DNA from: an uncultured delta proteobacterium
GTDB taxonomy: Bacteria; Desulfobacterota; Syntrophia; Syntrophales; UBA2192
DNA length: 64,000 bases
NCBI GenBank assembly: GCA_963705165.1
Contig: CAVPJD010000032.1
Location: 13,754 to 77,753 of the forward strand
Direction: 5' to 3'
Both the position numbers and the translations under genes were made by a program. Numbering within the stretch: the first letter of the stretch is position 1; each line of letters opens with the position of its first letter. Below, in pieces: positions 57,436 to 64,000 of the stretch. Under the pieces are notes generated by a model. The model saw only the letters and a program-made list of their open reading frames with translations. It made no database searches and was not told the origin of the DNA.

Positions 57436-59343
57436 CTAAATGGTCTCGTCTTTCTGGACCTTGAACATCATTTTCAGCTCATACACCCCCGAGCCGACGC
57501 GCTTCTCCATGTCCAAACCCATCTTCTCGAAGACGTGGAGCATGGGCCGGTTTTCCAGCAGGACCTCCGCCGTAAACCCGAGAAGACCCTGCCTCCGGGC
57601 GAGATACGTGAGATAGCCCAGAAGCTCCTGGCCGATGCCCTGATTCTGGTGCTTGTCGTTGACCGCGAAGGCGACCTCCGCCATGTGGAACTCGTCCTCG
57701 ATTTCATACTGACCGAGACCGACGATTTCTTCTTTATCTTCCTCCCCGACGACTGCGAGAATCTCCATCTTCTTCGTGTAGTCGATGACGACGAAATCCT
57801 GGAGGCGCTCGTGGGGCATATCCTTGCGATACGAGATGAACCTCCGGTACATGCTGTTGTCCGAAAGCGAGTAGAAAAAATCTTTGACGATGGATTCATC
57901 GCTGATCTTGACGGGACGGAAGAGGAGGTTGACCCCTGCTCTCGTGGTGCGGTAGGTCTCGAGCTCCTCGGGGTAGATGCCCCGCTCACCCGGGATGAAG
58001 GCCTGGTCCTTGTAGATGAGCCCGTTTTTGCGGGCCTCCTCGATGAGCCAGGGCCTGAACTTCGGGTGGGCGATGGAGATCAGATCCATCGCCCGTTCTC
58101 GGACATTCTTGCCAGGCAGATAGGCGATGCCCCACTCGGTGACAACATACTGGACGTCTCCCCGCAACACAGTGGCCCCTGCGCCTTCCTTGAGGAAAGG
58201 GACAATCCGCGAGACCACGTCGCAGGCCGCTGTCGACTGGAGTGCGAGGATGGTCTTCCCGTTCCGGGCCAGGGCGGCCCCCCGCATAAAGTCCGCCTGG
58301 CCCCCGACGCCGCTGTAGAACGTCTTGCCGATCGACTCGGCCGTGGACTGGCCTGAGAGGTCGATCTCGAGGGCGCTGTTGATGGCGACCATATTGTCCT
58401 GTCGGGCGATGAGCAGCGGGTTGTTCGTGTAGTCGATGGCCCGGAAGTCAATGGAGGGGTTGTCGTGGAGGAACTCGTAGGTGGTTTGTTTGCCCATGCA
58501 GAACGTCGCGACGGTCTTTCCCCGGTTGACGGTCTTGCGGGAGTTATCGACGACACCCTGTTTCATCAGCTCGACGATGCCGTCGCTGATGAGTTCCGTG
58601 TGGATGCCCAAATGCTTTTTCCCGGAGAGATTGGCGACGATCGCATTGGGGATCGTCCCGTAGCCCACCTGGATCGTATCGCCGTCTTCGACAAGACGAG
58701 CCACGTAACTGCCGATCCGCTGGGAGATTTCCGTGTCGGCGGCGGGATAGTATTCAAGCAGGGGTTCGTCGTAGGGTACCAGGAAATCGATATCGTCGAT
58801 GTGGAGGAAGGTGTCGCCGTGGACCCGCGGCATGTAGCGGTTGACCTGAACCACCAGAACCCGGGCCGTCTCGGCGGCGGCCTTCACGATGTCGACACTG
58901 ATCCCCACGCTCAAATAGCCGTGTTCGTCCGGAAGCGATGCCTGGAGGAGGGCCACGTCCACCTTCTCGAGACCGCGCCGGAAGAGGCCCGGCACCTGGG
59001 AGAGATTAACCGGCGTGTAGTCGGCAAGCCCTGTATTGACGGCCCCGCGGGTGCTGTCGCCGATGAAAAAGGAATTGTGCCGGAAATTGGACTTGAATTT
59101 CTCGTCGGCATAGGGGGCCACCCCGAGGGTCCGGATGTGCAGAACCTCCGCGTCGAAGAAGGCCTTGGGGTTTTCCTTGACGTAGCGGATCATGGCGTGG
59201 ACGAGGTGCTGGGGCTCCGCGCAGGCCGAGGAGATGAAGATCGAATCCCCCCGGTGGATGTTGTTGAAGATGGTGTTTTCGGACGCAAACTTCGCCGGGT
59301 AGCGTTGCCGCCAGATATCCAGAATATTGGCATTATCTTCCAT
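57436..59343 (-). CDS. Acetyl-CoA hydrolase/CoA-transferase fused to a GNAT domain
   Basis: NRYMPRVHG, QVGYG.IP, IHTE, SGVGGQADF, VVTEWGIA; C-terminal AEVAF.V.D..QNQGIG, N.PML.VFEK. Confidence 0.9.
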   Translation of the reverse strand: MEDNANILDIWRQRYPAKFASENTIFNNIHRGDSIFISSACAEPQHLVHAMIRYVKENPKAFFDAEVLHIRTLGVAPYADEKFKSNFRHNSFFIGDSTRGAVNTGLADYTPVNLSQVPGLFRRGLEKVDVALLQASLPDEHGYLSVGISVDIVKAAAETARVLVVQVNRYMPRVHGDTFLHIDDIDFLVPYDEPLLEYYPAADTEISQRIGSYVARLVEDGDTIQVGYGTIPNAIVANLSGKKHLGIHTELISDGIVELMKQGVVDNSRKTVNRGKTVATFCMGKQTTYEFLHDNPSIDFRAIDYTNNPLLIARQDNMVAINSALEIDLSGQSTAESIGKTFYSGVGGQADFMRGAALARNGKTILALQSTAACDVVSRIVPFLKEGAGATVLRGDVQYVVTEWGIAYLPGKNVRERAMDLISIAHPKFRPWLIEEARKNGLIYKDQAFIPGERGIYPEELETYRTTRAGVNLLFRPVKISDESIVKDFFYSLSDNSMYRRFISYRKDMPHERLQDFVVIDYTKKMEILAVVGEEDKEEIVGLGQYEIEDEFHMAEVAFAVNDKHQNQGIGQELLGYLTYLARRQGLLGFTAEVLLENRPMLHVFEKMGLDMEKRVGSGVYELKMMFKVQKDETI

Positions 59344-59564
59344 GACTTGGTTTCACTTTCTGCGTTGTTCAGACTAAGATCAGATTAGACGCGGCGCGAA
59401 GGGCTGTCAAGACAGGAAATCGCAGAGAATTGACAAGGCCCTTTTTTTTGCCTTGATTCCTTGCAGGGTAAGCTGTATATAGCAAAAGTTTTGTAAGCTC
59501 TGTGGATATTCCCCGGGCGAAGAGAGCCGCATATTATTTCATCGGAGGAGAGGGAGGAGGAGTC

Positions 59565-60278
59565 ATGGAAATCAATCCCCGCGCCAAGCGTTCGCTGACC
59601 GCCATGATCGAGGATCAGGCAAAAAAATGGGAAGTGAGCCAGAAAAAGAAATTCAATCAGAAGATAAAGCCCTGCATCGCCATCTCGCGTCTGCCGGGCA
59701 GCGGCGGGTGGTTTCTCGCGCAGAGGGTGGCCAAGGACCTGAAAATGGATTACTGGGACCGGCAGGTCGTCGACGAGGTGGCGAAGAGCGCCAAGGTCAG
59801 CAAGCGGATGCTCAAATCCCTGGACGAGCAGGACAAGAGCATGCTCGACGAATGGATCGAATCCCTTGGCGAGCGCCATGTGTGGGCCTATGAGTTCATG
59901 GAGCATCTCACCAAGGTGATCGGCACGATCGGCGCGCACGGCAATGCGGTTATCGTCGGACGGGGGGCCGCCTTCATCCTGCCCCCGGAAGCCTGCCTCA
60001 GGGTGCTCGTCATTGCGCCTCTCGAAGTCCGCGTGAACAACGTGTCTACCTTTTTCAAAGTATCCAAGGAGGAAGCCAAACAGCGTATCCTTACTGTTGA
60101 GTCGGAACGGATTGCCTTTGCGCGGAAGTATTTCAACCTGGACCCATTGGACCCCATGCACCACGATCTGGTCATCAACTCCCAGTATTTCCTTTTGGAC
60201 CAGGCCTCGGAAATCATCGTTGCGGCCTACAACTCAAGGGATTGGCAGGACTATTCTGCGAAGAAGGTCATCAAATAA
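59565..60278 (+). CDS. Cytidylate kinase-like family protein
   Basis: IAISRLPGSGG, VIVGRGA, DLVINS. Confidence 0.85.
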   Translation: MEINPRAKRSLTAMIEDQAKKWEVSQKKKFNQKIKPCIAISRLPGSGGWFLAQRVAKDLKMDYWDRQVVDEVAKSAKVSKRMLKSLDEQDKSMLDEWIESLGERHVWAYEFMEHLTKVIGTIGAHGNAVIVGRGAAFILPPEACLRVLVIAPLEVRVNNVSTFFKVSKEEAKQRILTVESERIAFARKYFNLDPLDPMHHDLVINSQYFLLDQASEIIVAAYNSRDWQDYSAKKVIK

Positions 60279-60304
60279 AGCCGACAGCCGACAGTCGACA
60301 GCCG

Positions 60305-60338
60305 AAAAAAACCCCGCCGAGTGGCGGGGTTTTTTTTG
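60305..60338. terminator. Bidirectional terminator preceded by AGCCGAC heptamers (60279-60304)
   Basis: AAAAAAACCCCGCC GAGT GGCGGGGTTTTTTTT. Confidence 0.8.
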
Positions 60339-60359
60339 ATCATTCGTATACGGGATCGT

Positions 60360-62270
60360 TTAGAAGTTCTTGAAATCCTTGTCGTCCAGCGGGATGATGG
60401 ACTCGGGATTTGCCGCCCTGGCCCCGGGATCGGCCTTTTTCCCGAAGCCCTTGAAGGAGAGGACTTTCTTCAGTACCGCCTTCGGCGGTGCCTCGGAAAC
60501 GGATGCGGACGCCCTGGTCTCGAGATCGCCGCCAATGATTGCCATAAGGCCTGCGGCGACATCCTTCATTTGCTCGGCCTGGGCGTTCATCTCCTCGGAG
60601 GCCGAGGCGCTCTCCTCGGCATTGGCCGCCGTCTGCTGGGTCACCTTGTCCATTTCGGCCACGGCCTTGTTGATCTGGTCGATGCCCTGGGCCTGCTCAC
60701 TGGAGGCCGCGGCAATCTCGGATACCAGATCCGCCACCTTCGCCGCGCTCTTCGAGACCTCCGAGAAGGCCACGTTGGTCCGTTCCAACAGTCCCGAACC
60801 CTCCTTGACCTTCTTCACGGTGCCCTCGATAAGCGCAGAGGTGTTCTTGGCGGCCTCGGCGGCCCGCATGGCGAGGTTTCGCACTTCGTTGGCCACCACG
60901 GCAAAGCCCGCACCGGCCTCGCCGGCTCTGGCCGCCTCCACGGCAGCGTTGAGCGCCAGGAGGTTTGTCTGGAAGGCGATCTCGTCGATCGTCTTGATGA
61001 TCTTGGAGGTCTCGTCGCTGGCCTTCGAGATGTCCTCCATGGACTGGGTGAGCTCCGTCATGGAGCCGTTGGCCCGCTCGACCATCTGCTTCGACTCCTT
61101 CATGAGCTTGTCGGCCGTAGAGGCGTTGTCGGCGTTCTGCTTGGTCATCGACGACATCTCCTCGAGCGACGAGGAGGTCTCCTCGATCGAGGCGGCCTGC
61201 TCGGAGGCCCCTTCGGCCAGCGACTGGCTCGCCGAGGACACCTGGCCCGAAGCCGAGGCCACCTGGTCGGCGGCATCGTTCAGGTGCTTGACGGACCGGG
61301 TCACGGGCACCGTGATGCTACGCGAGAAGAACGTAACGGCAACGACCGTCAGCGCCAGGAAGATAGAGCCGATAAGCAGGATCACGTTGCGAATCGTGTG
61401 GGCCGAGGAGAGGAACTCGGCTTCATCCTGCGTCATGGCAACACTCCAGGTCGTGTAGTCGACGGGGGCGAAACCGGCAATCTTCTTCACGCCCTGGAAT
61501 GTATAGGACTCGACGCCCGATTGGCGGGCGATCATCTTGCTGGTGATCTCCTTCATGCCCTCGAGGTTGGCGAGATTGAGCTCGAGGATGTGTTCCTTCT
61601 TCGGGTGGGCGACGATGAGGCCGTTCTTGTCGATGATCCAGGCGTACCCGGTCTGCCCGACCTTGACCTGCGCAATGCGCTCGCAGAGGAAATCGATGTT
61701 GAGGATGGCCCCCACGATGCCTGCGAATTCGCCGCCGGGCCCATAGACCGGAGCGCTGACCACCGAGACGGGTTTGCCCGATGCGCGGGACTTGATGGCG
61801 GCGCCGATGAACACCTTGCCGCTCTTGGCCTCTTTGAAATAATCGCGGTCTCCCACGGCAATGCCTTTCGTCTTGCCGTTGCTTCCGTCGGCAATGATCG
61901 TGCCGCTGGCATCGGTCACGAAGACGGACTCGTAATCGCTCCCGCTCTGTTTCATCACTTTCGCGAATTCCGTCGAAAGCCGCTCGAGTTCACCGGAGGC
62001 CTTCGCCGCACCTTCCTTGGAGGATTTGGATGCCGCCTCAATGACGTAGGGCTGAACCGACAAGTGCGAGGCGACCTTCATTTCCTCTTTGAGGGCGACC
62101 TCTATCATATCGGTGATGTTCTTGGCGATCTGCGTGGCCTGCCCCTTGGCCATGTCCTCCAGGGCGCCCGTCGCCTTGTAGAGGGCGAAGCCCCCGACGA
62201 CCACGATCGGGATCAAAACGAGCATGATCCCGCCGAAAGTTAACTTGAAACCGAGAGTCCTTTTTTTCAT
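60360..62270 (-). CDS. Methyl-accepting chemotaxis protein with dCache sensor
   Basis: 2 [45 protein letters not shown]. Confidence 0.95.
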   Translation of the reverse strand: MKKRTLGFKLTFGGIMLVLIPIVVVGGFALYKATGALEDMAKGQATQIAKNITDMIEVALKEEMKVASHLSVQPYVIEAASKSSKEGAAKASGELERLSTEFAKVMKQSGSDYESVFVTDASGTIIADGSNGKTKGIAVGDRDYFKEAKSGKVFIGAAIKSRASGKPVSVVSAPVYGPGGEFAGIVGAILNIDFLCERIAQVKVGQTGYAWIIDKNGLIVAHPKKEHILELNLANLEGMKEITSKMIARQSGVESYTFQGVKKIAGFAPVDYTTWSVAMTQDEAEFLSSAHTIRNVILLIGSIFLALTVVAVTFFSRSITVPVTRSVKHLNDAADQVASASGQVSSASQSLAEGASEQAASIEETSSSLEEMSSMTKQNADNASTADKLMKESKQMVERANGSMTELTQSMEDISKASDETSKIIKTIDEIAFQTNLLALNAAVEAARAGEAGAGFAVVANEVRNLAMRAAEAAKNTSALIEGTVKKVKEGSGLLERTNVAFSEVSKSAAKVADLVSEIAAASSEQAQGIDQINKAVAEMDKVTQQTAANAEESASASEEMNAQAEQMKDVAAGLMAIIGGDLETRASASVSEAPPKAVLKKVLSFKGFGKKADPGARAANPESIIPLDDKDFKNF

Positions 62271-62333
62271 CTGCTGCTACCTCCCTTTCGCAAAAAGAGA
62301 AAAATTATGAACCAATAATGAACACAAAAATGA

Positions 62334-62834
62334 TCAATGAATCGTGAGATGGAAGGCCCCGAGTACCTTGTCGATGTCGAGAAGGATCTTGACGCCCCCG
62401 TCCGTCTTGGCCATTCCCAGGATGAAGTCCGTGTTGAGCTTCACCCCGAAGGCGGGCGTGTTCTCGATATCAGCGCCGCGGATGTTGAGCACCTCCGAGA
62501 CGGCGTCCACCACGATTCCCATGGGCAAAGCGCTCGTCTCGCCCTGGATCTCCACGACGATGATGCAGGTGCGCTCCGTGTAGGCCGTGGCTTCCAGGCC
62601 GAAGCGAAGCCGCAGGTCGATGACGGGAATGACCTTCCCGCGCAGGTTGATGACTCCCTTGACGAACTCGGGTGTCTGGGGCACCGGGGTAACGGTCATC
62701 ATGCCGATTATCTCCCTGACCTTGAGGATGCCGATGCCGTATTCCTCGCCGGCGAGTGAAAAGGTCAGGTACTTTCCTTCCCTCGTCGCTTCCGCCTTTG
62801 CCGGTTCATTCACTGCAGTCACTTGAGCGTCCAT
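62334..62834 (-). CDS. cheW: Chemotaxis coupling protein
   Basis: YLTF.L..EEYGI, VKGVINLRGKVIPVIDLR, GIVVDAVSEV. Confidence 0.95.
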   Translation of the reverse strand: MDAQVTAVNEPAKAEATREGKYLTFSLAGEEYGIGILKVREIIGMMTVTPVPQTPEFVKGVINLRGKVIPVIDLRLRFGLEATAYTERTCIIVVEIQGETSALPMGIVVDAVSEVLNIRGADIENTPAFGVKLNTDFILGMAKTDGGVKILLDIDKVLGAFHLTIH

Positions 62835-63243
62835 ATTTTGCCTCCCGAAGGTGAAGATTCGTGTCCCCGGTTTGTTAGGGTCATGCCCGCTTGGAAAGGG
62901 AAAATCCATCGACTTCGCCCGGGCACAATGCATCTCCCGGCGGAATGTTCTTTTACGAGCAGGTCATAATCCAAGTGTTTTATCGTCACCAGGAACAGGA
63001 ACCTTAATGCTTTTATATTAGACGCAGAGAAATGCAAACTGCGTACCACGTTGGTAACAAGACACAAGCGGGGCGGCTTTCCTCGGGTTCTCCGGAGGGG
63101 AGAATCATGAATTCCATGGGATGTGCCTTCCCCCGCCGGTCGGGCCGTCGTCCCCAACTATTCCTTGACCGGATTTCCGATTTCCCTTAAGATCCCTGAT
63201 TCCTGGAAACAAACCACCCACTCTGAAATTTAAGGAGGACGAT

Positions 63244-63894
63244 ATGAAAATCATCCTTTTGGGCGCGCCCGGCGCAGGCAAGGGTACCGTGGCGAAACTG
63301 CTCACCGATTACGACGGATCCGTTCAGATCTCCACCGGAGACATCCTGCGGGCCGCCGTCCGCGAGGGGACCGATCTCGGGAAAGAGGCAAAGGCCTACA
63401 TGGACCGGGGGGATCTCGTGCCCGATTCGCTGATCATGAAGATCATGGAAGTCAGACTCCAGGAGCCCGACTGCGCGAAGGGCTTCATCCTCGACGGCTT
63501 TCCCAGGACCATCGCCCAGGCCGACGCGCTGAAGGTGATCCTGAAGAAGCTCAATCTGAAGCTCGACATGGTGGTCAACCTGGAGGTGCCCCGCGAGGTG
63601 ATCCTGGATCGCCTCACCACACGCCGGACCTGCTCCAACCCATCGTGCCAGGCGATCTATAACGTGAAGAGCATGCCCCCGGCAGCCGACGGGACCTGCA
63701 CGAAGTGCGGAAGCAAGGTCATCCAGCGCGACGACGAGACGGAAACGGCCATCCTGTTCCGGCTCGAGACGTACAACCAGAAGACGGCCCCCCTCATCGG
63801 CTTCTATGAGAAAGAGGGGCTCCTGAAGAACTTCACGTCGCTCTCGAGCGCCGATACGGTCGAGGCGGTGAAGAAGGCTCTCAAAAAAGGGTAG
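63244..63894 (+). CDS. adk: Adenylate kinase (Zn-lid type)
   Basis: GAPGAGKGT, STGDILR, FILDGFPRT, Cys-containing lid, QRDDE; followed by TAGGGTA heptamers at 63903-63926. Confidence 0.96.
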   Translation: MKIILLGAPGAGKGTVAKLLTDYDGSVQISTGDILRAAVREGTDLGKEAKAYMDRGDLVPDSLIMKIMEVRLQEPDCAKGFILDGFPRTIAQADALKVILKKLNLKLDMVVNLEVPREVILDRLTTRRTCSNPSCQAIYNVKSMPPAADGTCTKCGSKVIQRDDETETAILFRLETYNQKTAPLIGFYEKEGLLKNFTSLSSADTVEAVKKALKKG

Positions 63895-64000
63895 CGGGTC
63901 TATAGGGTATAGGGTATAGGGTATATGGTGAAGAATCGATCCCCCCGGGTATGCCTGTCGTCAAGATAGGAGAGCCGGGGGGATTTTTCATGGCGCATCG

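Overview
GC-rich bacterial chromosome segment, probably from an anaerobic Desulfobacterota/Syntrophales-like organism (inferred from gene content only). It is mostly housekeeping and metabolic genes: YcaO, LuxR, PilZ, pepA, oppDF, an FadH-like flavoprotein, MATE, miaA, livKHMGF, der-era-radical SAM-rnc-mtaB, DUF748, a ferritin-like protein, two acyl-CoA dehydrogenases, MoxR/VWA, RlpA, NlpC/P60, MCP-cheW and adk. It also carries one IS481-family element and a low-GC cluster of PEP-CTERM surface-protein genes that share a sigma-54/enhancer promoter layout. The most unusual structure is intergenic. Many gene junctions carry inverted arrays of 7-, 8- or 9-nt tandem repeats (several distinct families) that begin at or near stop codons. 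One such inverted AGGGTNN array encloses a four-helix-bundle (23S rRNA IVP/bAvd-like) gene inside the liv operon, and 'empty' versions occur elsewhere, for example between era and der. Other notable items are two displaced duplicate gene 3' ends (livF, fadH-like), nested palindromic repeats around the IS, a desulforedoxin-histone-H1-like fusion, and two small ORFs missing from the ORF track. Several genes have single +1 insertions and bases ~1-850 are heavily indel-damaged, which points to long-read consensus errors rather than biology.
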